The notes under the pieces: generated by a model | Told to the model about the DNA's origin: nothing | Databases searched by the model: none | What the model saw: the letters and a program-made list of their open reading frames with translations, nothing else | Translations under genes and position numbers: made by a program | Shown here: positions 10,498 through 19,266 of the stretch, one piece after another | Layout of the letters: each line of letters opens with the position of its first letter | Position numbering within the stretch: position 1 is the first letter of the stretch | IMG/VR virus record: IMGVR_UViG_3300030329_002885 | DNA: 23,645 nt | DNA from: an uncultured virus (IMG/VR IMGVR_UViG_3300030329_002885) | Taxonomy: Duplodnaviria > Heunggongvirae > Uroviricota > Caudoviricetes > Crassvirales | Direction: 5' to 3' (one strand)

Positions 10498-13400
10498 ATG
10501 GGATGTAAATATTATAAAAATGGAGTAGAAAGCAAGCTATATACTGAGCTATTTGGCTATATGGATAATACTGCTCCAGAAAAAAAATCTGCAGAAGCGG
10601 TATATAAAATTTTAAAATCAAATGGAATAGCTACAAGAAGAGGAGGTAGTATATTTTTAATACAACCTAATGTAGAAAACAGCTTAAGAGAAATTAATAA
10701 TATAAATGCTAGATACCCAGGCCTTCTTGATACTAAGTATATTAAGATGACACAAGAAACATATTTTTCTAAGTCAGCAGAGTTACATGCTTTAAATATT
10801 AATGAAGATGTATTACAACAAATTGCTGCAGAAAAAGATGCTAATGCGGATTTACAGTATAGAAATCAAAATGATATTGATACTTATACTAGAACAATAG
10901 CAGGATCTGGAAGAGAATTTCAAGATGATATAAGATTATCAGAAGAAGTTAGAAGAGAAAACACAAGTGAAAGCCGTTTCTCAAATATGCAAAGAGAAGA
11001 ACAGGCAATTGTAGAGAAAAAAGTAAATCATTTAAAAGAGGCATTTGCTAAAGCGGGAGTTCAAGTAGATGTTGTTTATAATTCTGAGACAGAATCGTTA
11101 GGTTCTATAGAGCGTTCTGATATAGAAAATAACCCTCTAATTACATTTAATCCTAATAAAACTACTGAAGATACAGTATATCATGAATTTGGTCATGCTT
11201 ATATAGATATGCTAGGGATTAATGATCCTGTAGTTGCCAAAGCAATTGAAGAATTAAGAGGTACAGATTTATACTTACAAGTACAAGATAGGTATCCAGA
11301 GTTATCAGGAGAAATGTTAGATAAAGAAGTACTAGCTACAGCTATTGGAATAGAAGGAGCTAAGATTACAAGGAAGCAGCCTACTGCTATACAAAGAATA
11401 GTTAATAGGATTATGAGGGCATTTTCTAAAATGCTTAATAAATTAGGACTTAATACAAATCCTAATACTGCTGCTATAATAGCTCAAGAAATGTTTGCGC
11501 AAGAGTTAAGAGCAGAAAACATGGTTAATCCTATAAGTAGTTATACTCAGTATAGTAAAGAAAGCAGAGATAAACAAAAATTATTAGATATTACAAATGA
11601 TTTAAGAATTAAAGTAAGAGCAGATATATCAGATGTAAAAAAAATGCCTCTTGAGCAACAAGAAAAACTACTCCCTAAACTAGAAAGATTACAAGCTTCA
11701 TTATATAAAATAGATAGAGTAGAAGATTTTGTTTCTTTTGTTGATGCTGTATCTTTTCAAATGGCTGAGGCAAGAAAACAATTTGATCAAATTATAGATT
11801 TAAAAGATGAAAAAGGTAATATAAATTATAAAGAGCAAGCTACTTATAAAAATCTCAACATTATGTATGAGCTAAAAACTAAGTTAGACTCTTTAGATGT
11901 TTTAAAGTCTATTAAAACATTAATGCGTAAAAAGAAAAAAGATGATAGAGTTCTTAGTGTAGGGGCCTTTGAAACACTTGAAGAAAAATTAAATGCGGTA
12001 TTAGAAGAGGTTGATGTATTACAAGAAGATTTTAATGATGAGATAATACCTATTATAGCAGAGTCATTACTACAATTTCATAATAAAAATATAGATAAAG
12101 ATTTACAAGCTATTATAGATAATATTCAAGAAAATGCTAAGAACGGAACTCCAAGAAGAGCATTAAATTTTAATGAAGTAAAAAGAACATCTGAATTTAA
12201 AAAATTAGAAAAAGATCTTAATGATAAAAAAATAGATCAGGAAACTTATAATAAAAAGTTAGCAGATTTACAAATAGAAAGCATCAAAAATAAAATGATG
12301 ACAGGAAGAAGTGCTCTAGTAAAACAACTAAGAGAAGCTCAAAAAGATAAATCTGGATTTTCTTATTTAATGGACCCAATGATATATTCAAGTGAAGCTT
12401 CATTACAAATGTTTACTAAAGCTGTAGATGAAGCTAATATTAAATCTAATGATGAAACGTTAGATTTTAAATACAGCTTAAAAGAAAAGTATGATAAAAT
12501 GGCTGCAGGGCAAAATGAAGCAGATGTTGAAACTTTAAATGATCCCTTTTTAGAAGAGATAACAATGGATGTTAGAGATAATGATGGTCAAACTAAAACA
12601 ATTAAAGTTTTATCTTTAGTACAGCCTTTAGCAGTAGATAAATATTACTCTGATCAAAGAGCAGAATATAAAAGACTTGCAGAAAAATATAATAAACCAC
12701 AAAGAAAAGATTATGATGATAATGAAGATCATAGAACAGCTTTAAGTAAATGGTATAATAGTAAACAGGGTAAAAATTATACTGTAGATATAACAGTTTG
12801 GTTAAATGAAAATACAGAACCGGTTGAAGGGTGGCAAGATATAAGGGCAAGTATTAATCAACAAATAAAAACTGCTCAAGGTATTATAAATAAAGCTACA
12901 TCAGAAGAGGTTAAAAACATGCAAGCTATTAAAATTAAAAATTTAAGAAAAGTATTAGCTACAAACATGTTAGGTAAAAAACCAAGAGGAGAATGGGTTA
13001 AACCTAAAGCTTCTAAATATACTAATCCTAAGTATGCAAAAATACAGGCAGATCCTAGATTAAAAGAATATTATGATTTTGTTTTAGAAGAGTTCCAAAA
13101 AGGACATAAAATGGTAGGTGTTAATAGAATGGAAAAAAATAGTTGGGATAATATTTCATATCTAATGCCGTCTGTTAGAAAAGAAGGTCTTGATAGAATA
13201 AAAGAGCAAGGATTTGTTAGTGCAGGTAGAGATTTACTAGCAGATAATTTTACTATAGTTGAAACTGATGATCACATGGCAGTTTATGATGATGTTTCTG
13301 GAGAATTAAAAAGAAATGTTCCTGTAAGATATACAAATCTTGTAGAGTCTAAAGATGTATCTAAAGACATTGCTAGTAGCCTATATAGGTTTAGACATAT

Positions 13401-14964
13401 GGCTCATAATTTTAAAGCTAAATCTGAAATTGTAGGACAGGTTATGCTATTTAGAGATATAATAAAAAATAGAGGAACTTTAGAAGTTAATCCTCAAGGT
13501 ATGGGCTATATAAGTGCTTATGCAAAACAAATAGGAATTAATTTACCTATTTTAAAACCGGGAGAGTCTTATACATTTAAACACTTAGAAGAGTGGGTTA
13601 ATATGGTTATGTTTGGAGAAACTTCTTATAAAACTAATGTTGGGTTATTTGGTAAAACAATTAATTTAGAAAAAACAACTGGAACTATAAATCAATTTGT
13701 AGCATTAAATACATTATCATTTAATATGTTACAGGGTGGAAATCAGTATATCTTAGATAACTTGTCTTTAATGCAAGAAGGTATAGCAGGTCAATTTGTT
13801 AGTAAATCAGACTTAGCTTGGGCTACTCAAAAATATTGGGGAGAAGGTGCAGCTATAAGTGATATGGGTAAATTTACTCCAGATACTAAATTAGGTAAAG
13901 CGATGGAATTGTTTGATGCATTAGTAGAGTTTACAGATAGAGAAGGTAATAGATTAGTAGGATCTAAATTAAGAAAAGCTTTAGATACCGGTAATCTTAT
14001 GGTAGTACAGCAAGGAGTAGAACATCAGCTAGCAGCTAAAAGAATGTTAGCCTTAATGAAAAATTTAGAAGGCAAGTTAAAAGATAAAGATGGAAATGTT
14101 ATAATGAAAGACGGTAAACCGGCTAATCTGTATGACATGTTAGAAATAGATAAAAAGACAGGTAAAATGTCTGTAAGTAAAGAGGTAGCTAATTTTAATA
14201 AATCTGATTTTATCCATTTATTAAGGGGCCTTGGTAGAAGAACAAACCAAACTAAAGGAAGATTTGACTCACCAATACTTGCTAAATCTTGGTATGGAAA
14301 ACTACTTATGTTATTCCGTAGCTGGGCTGTTCCTGGTATTAGAAGAAGATATGGACATGGAGGATTTACAGGATCTACTATACATACAGATGAAGAATTA
14401 GGAGCTGTAACTCAAGGTATGTATGTATCGTTTTTTAATTTACTATCAGAATCTTTTCAAGATGGGGTAAAATCTCCATTAGGTGTGTATTCACGTATGA
14501 CTAAAATGGAACAAGAAAATGTTAAAAGGACAGTAACTGAAATGGCTGCACTAGCATCTGCAATGGCCCTTGTAGCAGCGTTGTCTAATTTAGATGATGA
14601 TGAAGAAACTTATATTTCTAACTTTATGTTATATCAAGCTAAAAGATATGAAACAGAAATATTACAATGGACGCCTATATTTGGGACTAGAGAAGCATTT
14701 AGAATTCTAAAGTCTCCTTCTGCAACATTTAGGCCTATTGAACAAGGAGCTAGTCTAATAGAGCAGTTATTTGTTGAATTATATAACGGTATAGGATTAC
14801 CTATTGATGATAAAAGAATTTACTATCAAAGAAAAACAGGTAGATTTAATAAAGGTGATAGAAAAATATGGAAAGATATTGAAGATTTATTACCTATATT
14901 AAGAGGTCTTAGAACAACACAAACTCCAAAAGAAAAATATAAGTGGTTTACAACACTAGATTAA
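10498..14964 (+). CDS. Giant virion cargo protein with N-terminal zincin-like metallopeptidase domain and C-terminal hydrophobic helix
   Basis: 1488 aa. HEFGH at 11182-11196 with downstream KEVLATAIG (candidate third Zn ligand). Hydrophobic MAALASAMALVAAL (14542-14583) followed by acidic DDDEE. Adjacent to the RNAP gene. Confidence 0.7.
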   Translation: MGCKYYKNGVESKLYTELFGYMDNTAPEKKSAEAVYKILKSNGIATRRGGSIFLIQPNVENSLREINNINARYPGLLDTKYIKMTQETYFSKSAELHALNINEDVLQQIAAEKDANADLQYRNQNDIDTYTRTIAGSGREFQDDIRLSEEVRRENTSESRFSNMQREEQAIVEKKVNHLKEAFAKAGVQVDVVYNSETESLGSIERSDIENNPLITFNPNKTTEDTVYHEFGHAYIDMLGINDPVVAKAIEELRGTDLYLQVQDRYPELSGEMLDKEVLATAIGIEGAKITRKQPTAIQRIVNRIMRAFSKMLNKLGLNTNPNTAAIIAQEMFAQELRAENMVNPISSYTQYSKESRDKQKLLDITNDLRIKVRADISDVKKMPLEQQEKLLPKLERLQASLYKIDRVEDFVSFVDAVSFQMAEARKQFDQIIDLKDEKGNINYKEQATYKNLNIMYELKTKLDSLDVLKSIKTLMRKKKKDDRVLSVGAFETLEEKLNAVLEEVDVLQEDFNDEIIPIIAESLLQFHNKNIDKDLQAIIDNIQENAKNGTPRRALNFNEVKRTSEFKKLEKDLNDKKIDQETYNKKLADLQIESIKNKMMTGRSALVKQLREAQKDKSGFSYLMDPMIYSSEASLQMFTKAVDEANIKSNDETLDFKYSLKEKYDKMAAGQNEADVETLNDPFLEEITMDVRDNDGQTKTIKVLSLVQPLAVDKYYSDQRAEYKRLAEKYNKPQRKDYDDNEDHRTALSKWYNSKQGKNYTVDITVWLNENTEPVEGWQDIRASINQQIKTAQGIINKATSEEVKNMQAIKIKNLRKVLATNMLGKKPRGEWVKPKASKYTNPKYAKIQADPRLKEYYDFVLEEFQKGHKMVGVNRMEKNSWDNISYLMPSVRKEGLDRIKEQGFVSAGRDLLADNFTIVETDDHMAVYDDVSGELKRNVPVRYTNLVESKDVSKDIASSLYRFRHMAHNFKAKSEIVGQVMLFRDIIKNRGTLEVNPQGMGYISAYAKQIGINLPILKPGESYTFKHLEEWVNMVMFGETSYKTNVGLFGKTINLEKTTGTINQFVALNTLSFNMLQGGNQYILDNLSLMQEGIAGQFVSKSDLAWATQKYWGEGAAISDMGKFTPDTKLGKAMELFDALVEFTDREGNRLVGSKLRKALDTGNLMVVQQGVEHQLAAKRMLALMKNLEGKLKDKDGNVIMKDGKPANLYDMLEIDKKTGKMSVSKEVANFNKSDFIHLLRGLGRRTNQTKGRFDSPILAKSWYGKLLMLFRSWAVPGIRRRYGHGGFTGSTIHTDEELGAVTQGMYVSFFNLLSESFQDGVKSPLGVYSRMTKMEQENVKRTVTEMAALASAMALVAALSNLDDDEETYISNFMLYQAKRYETEILQWTPIFGTREAFRILKSPSATFRPIEQGASLIEQLFVELYNGIGLPIDDKRIYYQRKTGRFNKGDRKIWKDIEDLLPILRGLRTTQTPKEKYKWFTTLD

Positions 14965-14991
14965 AAAAGGGGCGAAAGCCCCTTTAGTTTT
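14963..14991. terminator. Bidirectional rho-independent terminator
   Basis: AAAAAAGGGGC-GAAA-GCCCCTTTAGTTTT: perfect 8-bp stem (14966-14985), GNRA loop, T-tracts on both strands. Sits between the convergent gene blocks. Confidence 0.9.
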
Positions 14992-15015
14992 ATGATGGCC
15001 AAATTATTACTAACA

Positions 15016-15396
15016 TCACATTGACATTTTAAGTAGTAATAAATAACCAATTAAATCATCTATTGTATCCTCAGTCTCATCGTTAATTCCTCTATTACTT
15101 ATTCTTGCTAATTTATCATCTATTCTAGCACATATAGCTTCTGTAGCATTTAATTTACTAAATACATTAGTAGGATTAAGCGCTGTATTACCATATGCTG
15201 CATTTTTTTCTTTTAATAGCTCAACTATTTCTTTAACTTCTTTATCTAATCTATTTGAAAAACTATTTGGATCTTTATTTCTATCTACATCCCAATAATA
15301 TTTATTATGTTCTGGAGATATACTATAAGATTTATTAAATTCCATACCATCAGGTACAGACATTTTAATATCTGTATTCTTTTTATCTTTTTTCAT
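15016..15396 (-). CDS. DUF1599 / nucleotide-modification-associated domain (MazG-like all-alpha) protein
   Basis: Motifs KNAAYGN, RIDDKLARI and EDTIDDLIGY match the family pattern (KNxDYG...RxxDKxxR...DTxxDLxGY). Confidence 0.75.
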   Translation of the reverse strand: MKKDKKNTDIKMSVPDGMEFNKSYSISPEHNKYYWDVDRNKDPNSFSNRLDKEVKEIVELLKEKNAAYGNTALNPTNVFSKLNATEAICARIDDKLARISNRGINDETEDTIDDLIGYLLLLKMSM

Positions 15397-16154
15397 TATA
15401 TTGGTTTTTTAAATTTATAAATTTCAGAATCATAAGTTTCTTTTTCTATATCTATTATACTTAATAACTCTGAATCTTCTGGTAACTCTATATCTAGTTT
15501 ATACTCTAAAGCTTTACGTCTTTTAGGGTCTTTATATAAGATTTGCCCTATTTCATCTTTTGCGGTAGCATTATGAAAATCTAATAGAGATTTTTTATAG
15601 GTTGACGATAATTTTGAGTACTCTCCCTTTAAAAACTTTTTATAATTTCTTATATATTTTTTAGGCACACCAAATATAAACATTTCATATCCTGAACTAG
15701 GACAATATTTATCTTTAAATGTAGCAAATTTAGATAATGCTCTTTGAAATTTTACATATAAAGGGTCTGTAGAAAATCGATATAATAAAGCAATACAATT
15801 ATCATGATTATCAGTTGCTATAAAACAATTTATAAATAATCTATTCCAAAAGTATAAATCTCTGTTTCCTGATAACATAGGCATTATAAATGTAGATGAC
15901 TTTGTTCGTTTAGCCATAGATATTTTATAATACTTAGTTTTACCTGCTCTTAAAGCTTCTATAAGATTTATATTATATTTGATTTTTTTTATTTCTACTG
16001 TTGAGCCTAGTGTAAAATTTAAACCGTCAGGTCCTTCTAAAGAGTGTATTTTATTTTCTAGTGTGTGAGGAGTTAATATTTTTATTCCTCCAGTAATTCT
16101 AAAAGATAGAGCATTTAAAGGTGTATATGTTAGTTCTTTACATTTTACTCCCAT
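15396..16154 (-). CDS. Hypothetical phage protein (FLKGEYSK motif)
   Basis: 252-aa ORF tightly packed between its neighbours (1-nt and 10-nt overlaps). The FxxGxYSK motif resembles a protein I recall from crAss-like replication regions. Start codon uncertain. Confidence 0.6.
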   Translation of the reverse strand: MGVKCKELTYTPLNALSFRITGGIKILTPHTLENKIHSLEGPDGLNFTLGSTVEIKKIKYNINLIEALRAGKTKYYKISMAKRTKSSTFIMPMLSGNRDLYFWNRLFINCFIATDNHDNCIALLYRFSTDPLYVKFQRALSKFATFKDKYCPSSGYEMFIFGVPKKYIRNYKKFLKGEYSKLSSTYKKSLLDFHNATAKDEIGQILYKDPKRRKALEYKLDIELPEDSELLSIIDIEKETYDSEIYKFKKPI

Positions 16155-16897
16155 AGGTCATCTTGGTTTTTATTAATTTCAAATAAATGTATATTAAGAT
16201 CTGACTCTTGACAATTTGTTTCTCGCCATACATCTTCTTTGGTTTTTAGTATATATATTAACTTAAAGGTTTCAGCAAATTTACTAATTCCTGCTGCATA
16301 TCCAAACTTTTCTATATATTTTTCTAATACAAAACTAGGCATTTGCTTTGTATTTGGACTTTGTAACCATGCATCTGCAGTTTTTGGGCCCACCTTTGGT
16401 ATACCTTGAATACCATCTGTACTATCCCCCATAAGCATTTGTTTCCATAAAAATGTAATAGCTTCATTTTCAGTAACTTCTACAAACTCTGCTTTACCAT
16501 AGTTATAGTGCGTACCAGCATTTTGATATAACACATCCTTGTCTGGACTACATATAACTGTCTTTATAGGATCATGATATATAGAAACCAAATCATCTGC
16601 CTCAAGTTCTGCTACAGATATAAAACCCCAATGCTGTCTTAGATATTCTTTTATAGCAGGAAATATGTATGGTTTAATTCCATGCTTCCTATTACCTTTG
16701 TAGGGTTTGCTTTTAGCTGCAGCGTATCTAAAACATTTACCTGCTGTTAAAAATCCCATATAATGTGTAGATTCTGTTTGTTCAAATATTTGTTGTAATC
16801 TACCGTCTAAACTCTCTAAAGCCTCTTCTAAAGTAGGCTTATTCATTTCATAATAGATTAAGCTATCGCCATCTATTAGTGCTGTTTTGTTTTTCAT
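16145..16897 (-). CDS. 5'-3' exonuclease / flap endonuclease (FEN/PIN-like, T7 gp6/T5 D15 type)
   Basis: LIDGDS, YKGNR, EADD, DKD and helix-3-turn-helix GDSTDGIQGIPKVGPKTA motifs. Confidence 0.9.
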   Translation of the reverse strand: MKNKTALIDGDSLIYYEMNKPTLEEALESLDGRLQQIFEQTESTHYMGFLTAGKCFRYAAAKSKPYKGNRKHGIKPYIFPAIKEYLRQHWGFISVAELEADDLVSIYHDPIKTVICSPDKDVLYQNAGTHYNYGKAEFVEVTENEAITFLWKQMLMGDSTDGIQGIPKVGPKTADAWLQSPNTKQMPSFVLEKYIEKFGYAAGISKFAETFKLIYILKTKEDVWRETNCQESDLNIHLFEINKNQDDLWE

Positions 16898-16920
16898 ATT
16901 TTTAATTTTTAATGGTTAAA

Positions 16921-17003
16921 CATATAAGGGGCATTACCACATATAGGCCTCATTTAATTATCCTCTGATGGATAAACCCCCTCTATGCAATCAATTAAAC
17001 ATG
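16921..17003. other. Structured intergenic element plus inverted copy of the leader motif (candidate ncRNA/cis-regulator)
   Basis: Outer stem CATATAAGGGG (16921-16931) / CCCCTCTATG (16978-16987). Inner hairpin TTATCC-tctgat-GGATAA (16958-16975). AATCAATTAAACATG at 16989-17003. Confidence 0.4.
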
Positions 17004-17029
17004 AGTCGCACACAAACAACTCTTCTCAG

Positions 17030-18064
17030 TTATTTCATGTACTTTCTATACTCAGGTTTAACTTGAACTTTAAATGTGTATAATTCTCTGTTGTGTATTT
17101 GTATCTCTTTACGACACTCTACCTCTAATGCTCTAAAACATCTTGAATCTAATATATCTTTTTCTTCAAAATGTTTTATAGCTTGTTCAGCACTCATACG
17201 TCCTAAATAAGAGCACTGATGCTTTTCTAGCCAATATATAACATCTTTGTTTCTATTAAATTTATAATCTATATTACATAAAAATTCTTTAGAATATTTA
17301 TATAAAAGATAGGGTTCTCCTGTAGGATCAATAGTAGGAATAATTTTACCTGCCATTTGAAGTTCTTCCTCACTAGCAGAATAATTACTTATCATTTGTT
17401 TAAGATCTTCCATTAGCTCTTCAGTCATAGGGACCCTATTAGCAGATTGATTAAGAATAGTGTCTGTTTCAATAACTTGTAACTCACCGTCCTCAATCAT
17501 TTTAGCTAATACAATAGCCATATTACTGAGTACATAACTATCAAATGGTAAACTATCATATTCTAAATTCCATTGGCTACAGTCACCAAGACTTCTTTTG
17601 TCAAGAATAACATTATTACCAGTTCTCTCATGGTAAGCTTCTGCAGTTTGTCTATGATCATTACAAAAATAACCATTATGCAAATGGAACATTAGTTTAG
17701 TTTGAGGTATATTATCAATTGATGAATAAGAATCATAAAAATTAAGATGCGGTATAATAAAATCAGCTTTTTCATAATCATTAGTCACACTAATTTTATG
17801 CTCCTTAAGCGCTGCTTTTAGTCTATCAGTTGATACACTATGCATAGGTAATATAAAAGCTCTTTTAACCTGAGTTAAATCATTAGTTGTTTCAGTTTCT
17901 AAGAGATCTTTTACTTTATCATATTGCTTTAAAGATTCTGATAAAATTACATCTTCTACATCTAAATTATTTTGAACCATACCATATATTTGTGCATCCT
18001 CAAACCCAAGATCAAGCAATGCCTGATCCGGGTAAGGGCCTGCGTGTATATTTTTACTTGCCAT
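17030..18064 (-). CDS. Hypothetical protein associated with the AAA/VWA module (possible BRCT-like N-terminal domain)
   Basis: 344-aa ORF starting 2 nt after the ATPase stop. The segment FILP...DRLKAALKEHKISVTNDYEKADFII loosely resembles a BRCT-type alpha/beta pattern (weak). Confidence 0.6.
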   Translation of the reverse strand: MASKNIHAGPYPDQALLDLGFEDAQIYGMVQNNLDVEDVILSESLKQYDKVKDLLETETTNDLTQVKRAFILPMHSVSTDRLKAALKEHKISVTNDYEKADFIIPHLNFYDSYSSIDNIPQTKLMFHLHNGYFCNDHRQTAEAYHERTGNNVILDKRSLGDCSQWNLEYDSLPFDSYVLSNMAIVLAKMIEDGELQVIETDTILNQSANRVPMTEELMEDLKQMISNYSASEEELQMAGKIIPTIDPTGEPYLLYKYSKEFLCNIDYKFNRNKDVIYWLEKHQCSYLGRMSAEQAIKHFEEKDILDSRCFRALEVECRKEIQIHNRELYTFKVQVKPEYRKYMK

Positions 18065-18066
18065 AA

Positions 18067-19245
18067 TTATTTAATTGTCATTTTAATGATAGCTGGATTC
18101 ATCATCATTTGGTTAAACTTCGCTTTATTTCCGTTGAATATCGTCCTAACAACTAAGTACTTTAAATCGTTAGTAAAATAGCTTCCTGTGCACAGCGTAA
18201 CGAGACGCTCTTGCATTTTTGGCGTTACAGTGTCAGTTTTTGAGTATGCAACAGAGAAATTGGCTATACGGGTAGCTAAAAGGCTTGCTATATCAGCTCT
18301 ATAACCTTCGTCCTTACCTATACACTCAGCTAATTTAGGTAATACTTCCTCTTCTTTGCCAAGAACTATATCCTTTGGTGTCACTAATTTATCCAGCTTA
18401 TTATTAATAAATGTAGTGAACATAGAAGCAAATTCATTGCCCACAGATCCTTCTCCAATCATTTGGATTAACGGTAATTGGTCTTCAAAACTCTTTATAC
18501 TAGATATACTGTTAAAGAACGTTGAAATAGATCTGGCGTTAGTTTCCTGTGTAACTAATTCAGGATGCATTAATAAGAAATTAATACAACGAGTATCTAT
18601 ACCATTCTCTTCCGCCCAACGGGCCCATACATCTATATCAAACTTAAGGTTTGCTGTAATATAACGAGTTTTCTGAGCTGCATCTACAGAGTTTACCATA
18701 TAGTCACCGTTGTCCGGGTTAGCAGTTAGTATAATATGCCAATCTTTAGGAAGAGTCCATGATATATACTGTTGTCTATCTACTAGCTCCATACAAGCCT
18801 GTATAAATCTTACATCTGCACGGTTCCAGTCGTCTAGTAACAATACACCACCAGCTTTTTTATCTGCAATCCACTCTGGTGCACTGTATGACATCTTACT
18901 TTTACCTGTAGTTTTCCAACCATCACTAGAATAGTCTTTAACCGCAACCTCATCTACCCATTTACCTATTTTCTTACCATCTTTCATATTCCACATTTGG
19001 AATTGTTTAATAGGAAACCCAACTAAGTCACCTAACTCTTCTATTTGTGCTAGATTTAACTTTACAAAGTCTAAGCCATGTGCTTTAGTCATATCCATAA
19101 TAGATGTAGTCTTACCAATACCAGACTCACCTACTACTTCTATTGCTACAGGTTTTTTACCGTCTGCCTGTAAATGACGATTGTTTTTAATGATGTGTCC
19201 TACAAAATTTTGTAGTTCATCAATATTTAAATTTACTTGGTTCAT
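18067..19245 (-). CDS. MoxR-like AAA+ ATPase
   Basis: Walker A GESGIGKT, Walker B VLLLDDWNRAD, sensor ILTANP, arginine-finger region DAAQKTR. Adjacent to a VWA gene. Confidence 0.9.
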   Translation of the reverse strand: MNQVNLNIDELQNFVGHIIKNNRHLQADGKKPVAIEVVGESGIGKTTSIMDMTKAHGLDFVKLNLAQIEELGDLVGFPIKQFQMWNMKDGKKIGKWVDEVAVKDYSSDGWKTTGKSKMSYSAPEWIADKKAGGVLLLDDWNRADVRFIQACMELVDRQQYISWTLPKDWHIILTANPDNGDYMVNSVDAAQKTRYITANLKFDIDVWARWAEENGIDTRCINFLLMHPELVTQETNARSISTFFNSISSIKSFEDQLPLIQMIGEGSVGNEFASMFTTFINNKLDKLVTPKDIVLGKEEEVLPKLAECIGKDEGYRADIASLLATRIANFSVAYSKTDTVTPKMQERLVTLCTGSYFTNDLKYLVVRTIFNGNKAKFNQMMMNPAIIKMTIK

Positions 19246-19266
19246 AATTTTATGTTTAATTGATTA
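19240..19266 (-). repeat. Leader/translation-initiation repeat, copy upstream of the AAA ATPase
   Basis: gttcataattttatgtttaattgatta, 26/27 identical to 21506-21532. Reads TAATCAATTAAACATAAAATT-ATG on the minus strand. Confidence 0.7.

Noticed and set aside
1021..12850. Short minus-strand ORFs inside the giant genes (1021-1296, 2263-2460, 2288-2536, 2497-2715, 3914-4165, 5282-5548, 8870-9142, 10262-10621, 12602-12850)
   Set aside because: Antisense shadows of long coding frames; S/F/L-rich composition with no motifs.
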